A stretch of 64,000 nt of DNA from assembly GCA_021785125.1 (NCBI GenBank), contig JAJYGF010000013.1, positions 41,413 through 105,412 of the forward strand, given 5' to 3'. The notes beneath the pieces are model-generated. The model did no database searches. It saw only the letters and a list, made by a program, of their open reading frames with translations, and was not told the origin of the DNA. The position numbers were made by a program, and so were the translations under genes. Position 1 is the stretch's first letter; each line of letters opens with the position of its first letter. Origin of the DNA: a bacterium. Lineage in GTDB: Bacteria; Patescibacteriota; Minisyncoccia; Moranbacterales; UBA2206. Shown here piece by piece: positions 48,430-58,537 of the stretch.

Positions 48430-49536
48430 ATGGTGATATCACAGATACAAAATATTCCGGCGGTGGTTAACATACTCAAAATCTTGGTGACTGGAGTCGG
48501 CGCTTTTATCCTAGCTCTTTTGGGCGCGCCGGTCCTGACTAATTTTCTGTATAAGAAAAAGATCGGAATAAAGATTAAAAACAACTCTGTCGACGGTGAC
48601 AAGCTGATGTATGTCAACAATCTGCATCGGAACAAGAATGGGACTCCGACCATGGGCGGTTTGCTGGTGTGGGTGACGGTATTGGTCTTAATTTTGCTGT
48701 CGCATTATATTTTTCCGGATATCGCCAGGCTGCTGTATGTAAATTTCATAGCCCGTTTGGATTTTTTCAGCCGTTCGCAGACATGGCTTCCGCTGTTTGC
48801 GCTGGTGTCAGCCGGCATATTGGGATTATTCGACGATTGGATGAGTGTGCGCGGCATCGGAAGCAACAAAGGGGGCGGCATGCGCTTCGCCATGCGCTTC
48901 GGATGGCTGATCGCCATTTCCATCCTGGGGGGATGGTGGTTCTATTTTAAATTGAACAGGCATATTGTCCACATTCCGGCGGTCGGAAATTTCGATGTGG
49001 GAATGTGGTCTATTCCGCTGTTTGTCCTGGTCATTCTTTTTACGGCTGTTTCTTCCAATGAGACGGACGGGCTGGACGGTTTGAATGGCGGCATCCTCCT
49101 GATCGCGTTCAGTTCGTTCGCGGCCATCTCATTTTTCCACAATATGATCGATCTGGCTTCTTTTTGCGCGGCCATCGCCGGAGCGCTGATGGCTTTTTTG
49201 TGGTTCAATATTTATCCGGCTAGATTTTTCATGGGTGATACTGGCGCGGTGGCGCTGGGAACGACCTTGGGCGTGGTGGCGCTTCTGACCGATTCGGTTC
49301 TAGCCATGTTTTTCATCGTTTTCATCTATCTGATCGAGTCTGGTTCGGTAGTTATCCAATTGTTGTCAAAAAAACTGTTCAAGCGTAAAGTTTTTCTGGC
49401 GGCTCCGATCCATCACCATTTCGAGGCCAAAGGCTGGCCGGAAACGAAAGTGACGATGCGCGCTTGGATACTTTCTTTGGCGATGGCGCTTGTCGGAGTG
49501 ATTGTGGCCATAATGGGAATGGGCAAGATACATTGA
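48430..49536 (+). CDS. mraY: Phospho-N-acetylmuramoyl-pentapeptide transferase
   Basis: KNGTPTMGG, DDW, NETDGLDGL, 10 TM helices. Confidence 0.85.
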   Translation: MVISQIQNIPAVVNILKILVTGVGAFILALLGAPVLTNFLYKKKIGIKIKNNSVDGDKLMYVNNLHRNKNGTPTMGGLLVWVTVLVLILLSHYIFPDIARLLYVNFIARLDFFSRSQTWLPLFALVSAGILGLFDDWMSVRGIGSNKGGGMRFAMRFGWLIAISILGGWWFYFKLNRHIVHIPAVGNFDVGMWSIPLFVLVILFTAVSSNETDGLDGLNGGILLIAFSSFAAISFFHNMIDLASFCAAIAGALMAFLWFNIYPARFFMGDTGAVALGTTLGVVALLTDSVLAMFFIVFIYLIESGSVVIQLLSKKLFKRKVFLAAPIHHHFEAKGWPETKVTMRAWILSLAMALVGVIVAIMGMGKIH

Positions 49537-49611
49537 CCGCTCGATCTATTTCAAAACTAATAATTATTTTTTTTGCTACAGATTACAGTATATTGTAGCA
49601 GTTAAATAAGT

Positions 49612-50664
49612 ATGGAAATAAAAAAAATACAGGATTTGGATGTTGCGGGCAAAAAGGTTTTGCTGCGCGTGGATTTCAATGTGGCGATCGAAAATGGAAA
49701 GGTGCAGGAATCTTTCAAGATCGCGGCCGCTAAAGAGACATTGGATTATCTTTTGAACCGCAACTGCAAAGTAGCAATGATCTCACACTTGGGAAGGCCG
49801 GAAGGGAAAGCGGATCCAAAATTCTCTTTGGCGCAGATCGTGTCCGATGCGGAAAATATTTTGGCTTCGAAAATAACATTTGTTCCGGATTGCATCGGAG
49901 AAAAAGTGAAAGAAGCCCTTGAATCGGATGTAGAGACGCAAGGCATTGCGTCTGTACTGCTTCTGGAAAATGTGCGTTTCTATCAGGGTGATGAAGCAAA
50001 TGATTCTGAATTTTCCCGGAAGTTGGTGGAAAATTTCGATGTGTTTGTAAATGACGCATTCAGCGCGTCGCACCGCGATCATGCTTCAGTCTCCGGTGTG
50101 GCAAAGATTCTTCCGAGTGCGGCCGGCTTGCGTTTGCAGGAAGAGATTCATGAGATGACCATTATCAAGGACCATCCGGTGAGTCCGGCGGTGGCCATCA
50201 TCGGAGGAGCCAAGATCGAAACCAAGCTGCCCGTCATAAAATTTTTCGAGGAAAAATATGATCATATCCTGGTCGGTGGCAAAATTGCCAATGAAGCGAT
50301 CGATCAGAAGATTGGATTTTCAGAGAAAGTTATTTTGCCGGTTGATTTCGTTGATGACAGGTTGGATATCGGGCTGGAAACCGTTTCTAAATTCAAAGAG
50401 ATAATCGCGACGGCCAAGACGATCGCCTGGAACGGACCGACCGGAAAATTTGAAGATGAAAAATACGCCAAAAGTTCCAATGAGATTCTGGAAGCGGTCA
50501 TTGCCAGCGGTGCATATGTTCTGGTGGGCGGTGGCGAAACTTTGGAAATTTTGGAAAAGAACCATGCGATGGATGAGATTTCTTTCGTTTCGACCGGCGG
50601 GGGCGCGATGCTGGATTATCTGGCGGGCAACCCGATGCCGGGCATCGAGGTTTTGGAAAAATAG
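49612..50664 (+). CDS. pgk: Phosphoglycerate kinase (short form)
   Basis: LLRVDFNV, ISHLGRP, C-terminal GGGA...LEGK nucleotide-binding motifs. Confidence 0.8.
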   Translation: MEIKKIQDLDVAGKKVLLRVDFNVAIENGKVQESFKIAAAKETLDYLLNRNCKVAMISHLGRPEGKADPKFSLAQIVSDAENILASKITFVPDCIGEKVKEALESDVETQGIASVLLLENVRFYQGDEANDSEFSRKLVENFDVFVNDAFSASHRDHASVSGVAKILPSAAGLRLQEEIHEMTIIKDHPVSPAVAIIGGAKIETKLPVIKFFEEKYDHILVGGKIANEAIDQKIGFSEKVILPVDFVDDRLDIGLETVSKFKEIIATAKTIAWNGPTGKFEDEKYAKSSNEILEAVIASGAYVLVGGGETLEILEKNHAMDEISFVSTGGGAMLDYLAGNPMPGIEVLEK

Positions 50665-50677
50665 ATATTGAATTGTG

Positions 50678-50706
50678 GTAGAGACGCCCCGCCGGGGCGT
50701 CTCTAC
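50678..50706. repeat. REP palindrome GTAGAGACGCCCCG-C-CGGGGCGTCTCTAC (copy 1)
   Basis: Perfect 14-bp arms; identical copy at 51002..51030. Confidence 0.8.
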
Positions 50707-50716
50707 GTTTCAATGT

Positions 50717-51283
50717 ATGCAACCAAAATTCAAAAACAAATACAAAATAAAATCCGCCAGATTATCGGGATATGATTATTCCCACAATGGGATGTATTTT
50801 ATAACCATCTGCACCAAGGATAGGCAGGAATTTTTTGGACGCGTTGAAAATGGGGAAATGGTTTTATCGGATATGGGGAAAATCATTCAAGATGAATTAT
50901 TGCAAACGCCGAAAATCCGTCCGAATGTAAAATTGGACGAATGGGTGATAATGCCAAACCATATCCATGTGATTATTGAAATATGCAATGCAAGGGTTCC
51001 CGTAGAGACGCCCCGCCGGGGCGTCTCTACGAATGGAAACAAACGTGGTGGTTATAATCCTAAATGGAAACCAAATTCGATCGGTTCAATTATTAATCAA
51101 TTAAAATCCATTTGCACAAAACGCATTTTAAAATTAGAAAATGTTACATTCGCCTGGCAATCGCGGTTCTACGACCACATCATCCGCAATGAAATTTCTT
51201 TGGACAAGATCCGCGAATATATACGAACCAATCCCCAGATGTGGGAACGGGACAGAAATAATATTGAGAATCTCTGGATCTAA
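50717..51283 (+). mobile_element. REP-associated tyrosine transposase (RAYT, IS200/IS605 Y1-transposase fold)
   Basis: HuH motif HIHVII and catalytic-Tyr block WQSRFYDHIIRNE; start likely ATG 50717 (longer ORF from GTG 50675 translates REP copy 1). Confidence 0.75.
51002..51030. repeat. REP palindrome copy 2, in-frame inside RAYT coding sequence
   Basis: 29/29 identical to copy 1; encodes VETPRRGVST within ORF. Confidence 0.8.
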
Positions 51284-51287
51284 ATAA

Positions 51288-51312
51288 AGGCTCGAAAAAG
51301 CCTTATTTTTTA
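51288..51312. terminator. Rho-independent terminator AAGGCT-CGAAAA-AGCCTT + T-run
   Basis: After RAYT stop. Confidence 0.6.
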
Positions 51313-51436
51313 TGTCTTACTGTTAACCTTGACTTTTGGGTTGATTTGGAGTATAATGTAAAATTACTGTGAAGTTGTTTTAAAATTCAAAACCCGCTTT
51401 TCCGACGGCTAAAATATCGGATAGGAGGTGCGACAA

Positions 51437-51712
51437 ATGAAAAAGGTGCTTAGTGAAGACAAGTATAGGGGTTGGAATGTATGGCTGGAAGAAGGCTTTT
51501 GTGCTGTCTATGCGAGATTTCACTATACGCTTCAATATCCCAATCCAAATTGGGGAAAAGTAGTTTCCTACATCGAAAGTGTGGATATTGGCGAGGAGGA
51601 ATATCGTCGCCTCTATGATGGTGAGGATCCGGCAATTGTTCTGGCTTCTTGGGAAGAAACTAAAGAGAGAATAAAAAGGGAAATATATTCTTTCTTTACC
51701 TTGCAGAAGTAA
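51437..51712 (+). CDS. Hypothetical small protein
   Basis: AGGAGGT RBS 7 nt before ATG at 51437. Confidence 0.45.
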   Translation: MKKVLSEDKYRGWNVWLEEGFCAVYARFHYTLQYPNPNWGKVVSYIESVDIGEEEYRRLYDGEDPAIVLASWEETKERIKREIYSFFTLQK

Positions 51713-51729
51713 ATATTAAAAAAGATATC

Positions 51730-51935
51730 TATCCATCTTAAAACTGGGATAGGAAAGTTGGACATAATAACTGCAAATGTCCCGCTCTGAAGGCAGGTAA
51801 CTCAGAGTTGTAGAAGAAAACACCCGTGAGCCACAATAAATTTGTTGGCCATAGATCAGGTGTTCCTGCATCCCTTTTGGGATCCAAGGGTTTTGATTAT
51901 AGTATCGAAGCCCTTTTTTGTTTGGTTTTTGCATA
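51730..51935 (+). ncRNA. Candidate structured small RNA upstream of eno (unclassified)
   Basis: Series of local hairpins (GGACAT..ATGTCC; CTCTGA..TCAGAG; ACACC..GGTGT; CCCTT..AAGGG) ending with GGG..CCC stem + T-run. Confidence 0.25.
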
Positions 51936-51976
51936 TGATATAATAACTATAAGTAAAAATTAACACTTTTAAATTT

Positions 51977-53245
51977 ATGTCTGCGATCAAGAAAATATTT
52001 GCCAGAGAAATTTTAGATTCACGAGGCAATCCGACGGTGGAAGTTGAAGTTGAATTGGAATCAGGAACAAAAGCGTTGGCGGCGGTGCCATCTGGCGCTT
52101 CGACCGGAACATATGAAGCCTTGGAGCTGCGCGACGGAGACAAAAAAAGATATAACGGGCTTGGAGTTTTGCGGGCGGTGGAAAATGTGAATAAAAAGAT
52201 CCAGCCGGAAGTTGTCGGCATGGAAGTTTCGGATCAAGAATTGATTGATAAAAAAATGCTGGAACTGGACGGCACCGAAAACAAAACTAACTTGGGTGCC
52301 AATGCGATTCTCGGAGTCTCTTTGGCAGTATGTCGCGCTGCAGCGACCGAAACTGGATTGCCGCTATATAAATATATTGCACAGGCCTACAAACTACCAA
52401 CTAAAAACTACAAGCTTCCTATCCCTATGTTCAACGTGATCAACGGCGGCAAGCATAGTGATTCAGGCTTGGCTATCCAGGAATATAAAATTGTGCCAAA
52501 CGGCATCAAGACTTTCAAGGAACAATATCGCGCCGGCAGTGAAATTTTCCACAAACTGAAAGAGTTGATCGTGGCCGAAGGCGGCAGTGTCGGAGTGGGT
52601 GACGAGGGCGGCTTTGCACCGCACTTGGAAAGCAATTCCAAGCCATTGGAGCTGATGAACCGCGCTATCGAGGAAGCCGGATACAAAAAGGGCGAACAAG
52701 TGAGTTGCGGCGTGGATGCCGCGGCCTCCTCATTTTTCGATGAAAAAGAAAATCAATATATATTCAAGCCGGACAGCAACGGCATCTTGCGTGAAATGCT
52801 GGTCAACATATACAACGAATGGATTTCCAAGTATCATGTGATTTCGGTCGAGGATGGCCTGAATGAGAATGATTGGGAAGGTTGGCGCGCGATGAACGAA
52901 AAGATCGGCGGAAAAATCATGCTGATCGGGGACGATCTTCTGGTGACCAATGTCAAAAGACTGCAGAAAGCGATCGAAGAAAAGGCTTGTAACGCGGTCT
53001 TGATCAAGGTCAATCAGATCGGTTCGCTTTCTGAAACGATCGATTGTATCAAGCTGGCCAAGAAGAACAAGATGAAAATCGTCATCTCTCACCGCAGTGG
53101 CGAGACGACTGATGATTTCATCGCGGATCTGGCGGTGGGAACCGGCGCGGAATATATCAAGTCCGGTTCGCTTTCGAGAGGCGAAAGAATCTGCAAATAC
53201 AATAGGCTTTTGAGGATTGAAGAAGAATTAAAAAATAAAAAGTAA
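51977..53245 (+). CDS. eno: Enolase
   Basis: SRGNPTVEVEVELESG, catalytic loops, DDL, KVNQIGSLSET signature. Confidence 0.95.
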   Translation: MSAIKKIFAREILDSRGNPTVEVEVELESGTKALAAVPSGASTGTYEALELRDGDKKRYNGLGVLRAVENVNKKIQPEVVGMEVSDQELIDKKMLELDGTENKTNLGANAILGVSLAVCRAAATETGLPLYKYIAQAYKLPTKNYKLPIPMFNVINGGKHSDSGLAIQEYKIVPNGIKTFKEQYRAGSEIFHKLKELIVAEGGSVGVGDEGGFAPHLESNSKPLELMNRAIEEAGYKKGEQVSCGVDAAASSFFDEKENQYIFKPDSNGILREMLVNIYNEWISKYHVISVEDGLNENDWEGWRAMNEKIGGKIMLIGDDLLVTNVKRLQKAIEEKACNAVLIKVNQIGSLSETIDCIKLAKKNKMKIVISHRSGETTDDFIADLAVGTGAEYIKSGSLSRGERICKYNRLLRIEEELKNKK

Positions 53246-53270
53246 AGACGCTCCGGCGGAGCGTCTCTAC
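53242..53270. repeat. REP-like palindrome copy 3 (GTAAAGACGCTCCG-G-CGGAGCGTCTCTAC) with compensatory substitutions
   Basis: Same architecture as REP copies 1/2; C>T and G>A changes preserve the stem; eno-gpmI intergenic. Confidence 0.7.
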
Positions 53271-53275
53271 GGGAC

Positions 53276-54835
53276 ATGGAAAACAAAAAATCACCTACAG
53301 TATTAGTGATCCTGGATGGCTACGGCGTGGCTCCGGCCGGACCGGGCAATGCCATTGCGCTTGCCAAAAAACCGAACATCGATCGGCTGTTTGAAATTTA
53401 TCCGTCAACGACGCTCGGCGCGACGGGTGAAGATGTCGGATTGGAAGATCACAAGATGAGCGGCTCCGAAGCTGGACATATGAATATCGGCGCGGGCCGG
53501 ATTATCATCCAAGATTCCAAGATTATCAGTGACACGATCCGTGACGGAAGTTTTTTCACGAATCCGGCCATGGTTGGGGCGATAGTGCATGCCAAAAAAT
53601 TCGGCGGCAAGCTGCACGTCATGGGACTCATGGGCGATTCCGATAGTCCGCATAGCGATCCGGAGCATTTACGTGCTATCTTGAAACTGGCCAAACAAGG
53701 CGATGTTTCGGAAGTTTTTTGCCATCTTTTTACTGACGGCCGCGATTCGTATCCAAGAAGCGCGTCGGAACATCTGAAGCATTTTCGAAAGATAATGGAA
53801 GAAGAAGGGATCGGCAAGATCGCCACGATGAGCGGCCGGTTCTATGCCATGGATCGGGCCAAAAATTGGACGCGCCTGACCAAAGCGTATGACGCGATGG
53901 TTTTTGCTCGCGGCGAAAAAGCCGGAAGCGCGGAAGAGGCGATCGAGAATACCTACAAAAATAATTTGACAGATGAATATCTGTTGCCGACGGTAATCAT
54001 GGAAGACGGTTCTCCGGTGGCCAAGATAGGAAGAGATGATTCACTCATATTTTTCAATCTGCGTTCCGATCGGGCGCGACAGATGAGCAAACTTTTTGTC
54101 GCTATGGACAAGGAAAGTATCATTCGTGACAACATGCCGGTCCTTGATAAGATAGAAAATATGTATTTTGTGGCCATGACTGATTTCGGGCCGGGCCTGG
54201 ATGAGCATACGGCTTTTCCGGAAGTTATGGTGCTGGCTACTTTACCGATGTTGTTGGGAAAACGGATGAAACAGCTTTATATCGCGGAATCCGAAAAATT
54301 CGCCCATATCACGTATTTTTTCAACGGCGGCTATGCCGATCCGGTGGATGACGAGGAAAGAATCATGATTCCGTCGCCGGTCGTCGAATCTTATGCAAAA
54401 ATTCCGCAAATGTCAGCGGCAAAAATAACAGAAACAGTTTTGGAAAAGATCAAAAATGAAGAATTTGATTTTATTGCTATAAATTATGCGAATGCAGACA
54501 TGGTTGGACACACCGGAAATTTGCCAGCCACTGTCAGGGCAGTGGAAATCTTGGATGAACAGATCGGCATCCTGTCTCAAGAAGTCTTGGAACGCGGCGG
54601 CAATCTGATAATTACGGCCGATCATGGCAACGCGGACAACATGCTGGATGAAAATTCCGACCAGCCGAACACTTTCCACACCAAAAATCCGGTGCCGTTC
54701 CTGTTGGTCAGCGACAGATTCAAGGGAGCGAAATTGAGAGCGGACGGGGTGCTGGGCGATATCGCGCCGACCATTTTGGATGTTTTGGACATCGACAAGG
54801 CAAACATCATGATCGATTCGCTTCTAATAAAATAA
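53276..54835 (+). CDS. gpmI: 2,3-bisphosphoglycerate-independent phosphoglycerate mutase
   Basis: VLVILDGYG N-terminus, Ser phosphoenzyme region, C-terminal metal-binding DHGN. Confidence 0.9.
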   Translation: MENKKSPTVLVILDGYGVAPAGPGNAIALAKKPNIDRLFEIYPSTTLGATGEDVGLEDHKMSGSEAGHMNIGAGRIIIQDSKIISDTIRDGSFFTNPAMVGAIVHAKKFGGKLHVMGLMGDSDSPHSDPEHLRAILKLAKQGDVSEVFCHLFTDGRDSYPRSASEHLKHFRKIMEEEGIGKIATMSGRFYAMDRAKNWTRLTKAYDAMVFARGEKAGSAEEAIENTYKNNLTDEYLLPTVIMEDGSPVAKIGRDDSLIFFNLRSDRARQMSKLFVAMDKESIIRDNMPVLDKIENMYFVAMTDFGPGLDEHTAFPEVMVLATLPMLLGKRMKQLYIAESEKFAHITYFFNGGYADPVDDEERIMIPSPVVESYAKIPQMSAAKITETVLEKIKNEEFDFIAINYANADMVGHTGNLPATVRAVEILDEQIGILSQEVLERGGNLIITADHGNADNMLDENSDQPNTFHTKNPVPFLLVSDRFKGAKLRADGVLGDIAPTILDVLDIDKANIMIDSLLIK

Positions 54836-54870
54836 TGATTCCTAAAACTCGGTTTTAGGAAAAAAAATTT

Positions 54871-55854
54871 ATGGCAAAAATAATCTGCATCGGTTCATCC
54901 ACCAAGGATATCATTTTTCCGATCACTGACGGATGGGTGGTGGAAACACCTGAGGATATTGAAGCGCAGGAAAAAATAATTTTTGAGCTGGGCGCGAAAT
55001 ACCAAGTTTCCGAAGAGCGCCATGAAACGATCGGCGGCTGCGCGGCCAATGTGTCGTGCGGATTGGCCAAACTTGGTCTTGCGGCATATTGTTGCACGCG
55101 AGTCGGAAGTGACATCTCCGGCAATTGGATAAAAAAAGAACTGGAAAAATTCGGCGTAAAACCCGATCTGGTTCAGACCGGCGAGCACAGAAGTGATCTT
55201 TCTGCGATTATTGCCAATATTCCAAGCGAGGATCGGATAGTTTTTTCCGACCGCGATGCCAATGAAAAATTGAAAATCACGGAAGAAATTAAAAATCATC
55301 AAGCCGAATTCATTTTCATAAGTTCGTTGAACGGAAACGGTGATGAGAGTTGGGATAAAAAATTGGATAAGATCTTGTCATTGTTGTCGTCTGAAAAAAT
55401 TATTTTCAACCCCGGGCAGAAAAATATTAAGACTCATCCGGAAAAAATCATTGAAACGATCCGGAAATCCCATATGCTGATCATCAATAAGGATGAGGCG
55501 ATCGAAGTTGTCGACAAATTGGACGGATTTTCCGAAGAACAGCTGAATGATGAAAAATTCTTGGCGGAAAAATTAAATGAGCTTGGAGCTAAGATCGTGG
55601 CGCTGACGGACGGTTTACGCGGAGCGTGGGCCTTTGATGGAAAAGAATTTTTGCATGTGGAGGCCAGGAAAGAAAAAGTGGCGGACAGTCTGGGTGCGGG
55701 GGATGCTTTTTCCAGCGGATTTATCGCGGCGCATCTGAAAGGAAAAAACTTAGAAGAATGTTTGGAATGGGGAATTGCCAATGCCTCTAGCGTAGTGAAA
55801 TATTACGGAGCTGTAGAAGGCTTGCTGACAGAAGAAAAAATAAAACAAGCATGA
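54871..55854 (+). CDS. PfkB-family carbohydrate/nucleoside kinase
   Basis: GG motif GGCAANVSCGLAKLG and C-terminal DSLGAGDAFSSGFIAA. Confidence 0.8.
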   Translation: MAKIICIGSSTKDIIFPITDGWVVETPEDIEAQEKIIFELGAKYQVSEERHETIGGCAANVSCGLAKLGLAAYCCTRVGSDISGNWIKKELEKFGVKPDLVQTGEHRSDLSAIIANIPSEDRIVFSDRDANEKLKITEEIKNHQAEFIFISSLNGNGDESWDKKLDKILSLLSSEKIIFNPGQKNIKTHPEKIIETIRKSHMLIINKDEAIEVVDKLDGFSEEQLNDEKFLAEKLNELGAKIVALTDGLRGAWAFDGKEFLHVEARKEKVADSLGAGDAFSSGFIAAHLKGKNLEECLEWGIANASSVVKYYGAVEGLLTEEKIKQA

Positions 55855-57917
55855 AAAATTTAGAAAAATTGTTCAATCCGCAATCGATCGCCATCGTCGG
55901 AGCCTCGCAGGAACGCGGCAAGGTCGGTTATGTTATAAGCAAAAATTTGCTCGAGCTTGGTTATGACGGCAAGATTTTTTTGGTTAACCCGAAGCATGAC
56001 AAACTTTTTGATCATCGAAGCTACAAGAGCTTGACGGATATTACGGAAAAAGTCGATCTGGCTATCATTGCTATTCCGTCCAAGATTGTGGTGCCGACCA
56101 TCCGTGCGGCTTCCGATCGCATCAAAAATTTTGTGGTAATTTCGGCCGGTTTTGCCGAAACGGATGAAAAAGGAAAACAGCGGGAAAAAGAGTTGCAACA
56201 ATTGGCGGAAGAAAAAAAATTGAATATTCTGGGGCCGAATTGTCTCGGCTTCATCGTTCCGAAATTGAAGCTCAACGCGTCCTTTGCCGGCGGATTGCCG
56301 AAGGCGGGCAACATCTCATTCATCTCCCAATCCGGCGCGCTGGCGGTGGCCATCATGGACATCGCCCACAAGGAGAATATCAGATTTTCCAATATTGTTT
56401 CAGTCGGCAACAAGATGCAGATCGACGAATCGCGCCTGTTGGAATACTTGGCTCAAGATGCAGACACGAAAGTCATCGGGATGTATCTGGAAGGCATTTA
56501 TGACGGACAAAAATTTCTAGAAATCTCGCAAAAAGTTTCCAAGGAAAAACCGATTGTGATCCTGAAGGCGGGCAAGACGGAAAAGGCGCAGAAAGCCATT
56601 TCGTCGCATACCGGCGCCTTGGCCGGAAGCGATGACATCATGAGCGCGGCCTTTGCGAAAGCCGGCATATTGCGGGCGGAAAATCTGGAAGATTTTTTCG
56701 CGTTGTTGCAATTGATTTCCGCCAGTAAAGTTCCGGAAAACAACAAAGTTGCCGTGGTTACCAATGCCGGCGGACCCGGAGTTCTGACGACGGACGCTTT
56801 TCGCCAAAAGTCGATCGAGCCGGCCAATTTAAGCGACAAAACCAAATCGGCTTTGCGCAGTTTTTTGCCGCTTGAATCTTCCGTGGAAAATCCGATCGAT
56901 CTTCTGGGCGATGCGATGGAGGACAGATATGAAAAAGCTTTGGAAATTCTGGATGAAGAAAAAGAGGTCGGTTCCATCCTGTGCGTCCTGACGCCGCAGG
57001 ACCAAACACCGGTCGCGAAAATTGCGGACAAAATAATCAAATTCAAAAAACGATCCAGAAAATCCGTTCTTACGATTTTTATCGGAGGAGAACGGGTTGA
57101 AAAAGAAATTATGCGGCTAAAGGAAAATGATGTGCCTAATTTTTCTTTTCCGGACCAAGCGGTGGATGCGTTGAGCAAATATTATTCCTGGAAAGCGCGA
57201 GCCGTAGCGACCGAATCGCCACAAAAAGAAAAGGTAAACGCGGAGCGGCGTAAAAAAGTTTTGGAAATTATTAAAAAATCCAAAGAAGAAAAGCGAGGAG
57301 CCTTGCTGTTTTCAGAAGCGCAGGAAATTATGTCGCTTTATGGCATCAGAACCCCGGACATAAAGAATGTCAAAGTGGGCGAGTCTTTGCCGCAAGATTT
57401 GGAATTTCCGGTAGTTATGAAAGTGGATAGTGACAAAGTTTTGCACAAAACCGACCGCCAGGGAATTATTCTTGGCATAAGAAATCGCAGTGATTTGGAA
57501 AAAGCGTTTGAAACGATGCGGACAAATTTTCCGGGAGAAAATTTCCTGATCCAAAAGATGCTCCCGATCAAAACCGAGCTCATTCTGGGCATCAAGCGGG
57601 ATGCGACCTTCGGGCCGATCGTGGTCTATGGGCTGGGAGGAATATATACCGAGATCTTGAAAATGGTCGATTTTTTAGTTCCGCCGCTGTCGGAAGAAGA
57701 AATAAAAAATGCACTTCTGGAGAGCCGGATAAAATTTTTGTTTTCTGAAACGCGCGGACAGGAGTCATATGACGCGGATGAGATGGCCAGGATACTGCAT
57801 GATATGTCGCGCCTGGCGCAAGAAGCCGAGGATATCAAGGAATTGGATATCAACCCGCTTCTGGCCTATAATGACGGCAAGGAGGCGGTCGCGATCGATG
57901 TCAAAATCATAATTTAA
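55851..57917 (+). CDS. ADP-forming acetyl-CoA (acyl-CoA) synthetase, fused alpha/beta
   Basis: CoA-binding Rossmann (IAIVGASQERGKVGY), succinyl-CoA-synthetase-like ligase domain, C-terminal ATP-grasp. Confidence 0.8.
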   Translation: MKNLEKLFNPQSIAIVGASQERGKVGYVISKNLLELGYDGKIFLVNPKHDKLFDHRSYKSLTDITEKVDLAIIAIPSKIVVPTIRAASDRIKNFVVISAGFAETDEKGKQREKELQQLAEEKKLNILGPNCLGFIVPKLKLNASFAGGLPKAGNISFISQSGALAVAIMDIAHKENIRFSNIVSVGNKMQIDESRLLEYLAQDADTKVIGMYLEGIYDGQKFLEISQKVSKEKPIVILKAGKTEKAQKAISSHTGALAGSDDIMSAAFAKAGILRAENLEDFFALLQLISASKVPENNKVAVVTNAGGPGVLTTDAFRQKSIEPANLSDKTKSALRSFLPLESSVENPIDLLGDAMEDRYEKALEILDEEKEVGSILCVLTPQDQTPVAKIADKIIKFKKRSRKSVLTIFIGGERVEKEIMRLKENDVPNFSFPDQAVDALSKYYSWKARAVATESPQKEKVNAERRKKVLEIIKKSKEEKRGALLFSEAQEIMSLYGIRTPDIKNVKVGESLPQDLEFPVVMKVDSDKVLHKTDRQGIILGIRNRSDLEKAFETMRTNFPGENFLIQKMLPIKTELILGIKRDATFGPIVVYGLGGIYTEILKMVDFLVPPLSEEEIKNALLESRIKFLFSETRGQESYDADEMARILHDMSRLAQEAEDIKELDINPLLAYNDGKEAVAIDVKIII

Positions 57918-57921
57918 AAAT

Positions 57922-58488
57922 ATGGAAAAAATAAAAATTCTTCTGGTGGATGATGACGAGTCTATCCGCGGGATGTATGCGGAGATCTTCAAGCGGGAAA
58001 ATTTCGAGGTGTCCGAGGCGGCGGATGGCGTAGCGGGTCTGGATATGGCCGTGAAAAATGTTCCGGATGTCATCTTCACCGGAATCGTCATGCCGACGAT
58101 GGACGGCTTCGCTCTGATGGAAGCGCTCAAGAAAAATGTCATTACGGCGAAGATTCCAGTCGTGATCTCTTCACATCTCGGCCGCGAAGAAGACCAGCGG
58201 CGGGCCGACGAGCTTGGCGCCAAAGGTTTTTTTGTCCGCGGATTCTACACACCGAACGAGATCGTGGAGAAGATCCGCGCCATCTTCAACCTGGCGGAGT
58301 ATCGGCTGAAATTCTCGCCGAGTGAAGCTGACGCGCCGCAGTTGGCCAAAGATATGCATTTCCAGGAAAATTTCAAATGCGCGAGCTGCGGTGGCGAGCT
58401 GGTTTTGTCACTCAAGCTGACTGACGTCGAAGGGCATAATTTCAATGCCCGATTCATCTGTTCGAAATGCAACAAAGTCCAGGAGTAA
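57922..58488 (+). CDS. Single-domain response regulator with C-terminal CxxC...CxxC zinc ribbon
   Basis: REC domain (LLVDDDE...DVIFTGIVMP...K) followed by CASCGG...CSKCN. Confidence 0.7.
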   Translation: MEKIKILLVDDDESIRGMYAEIFKRENFEVSEAADGVAGLDMAVKNVPDVIFTGIVMPTMDGFALMEALKKNVITAKIPVVISSHLGREEDQRRADELGAKGFFVRGFYTPNEIVEKIRAIFNLAEYRLKFSPSEADAPQLAKDMHFQENFKCASCGGELVLSLKLTDVEGHNFNARFICSKCNKVQE

Positions 58489-58537
58489 TGTCTGTAAAAT
58501 TATATTTTGAAGCGGGGTTTCCAGGCCTCGCTTTAGA

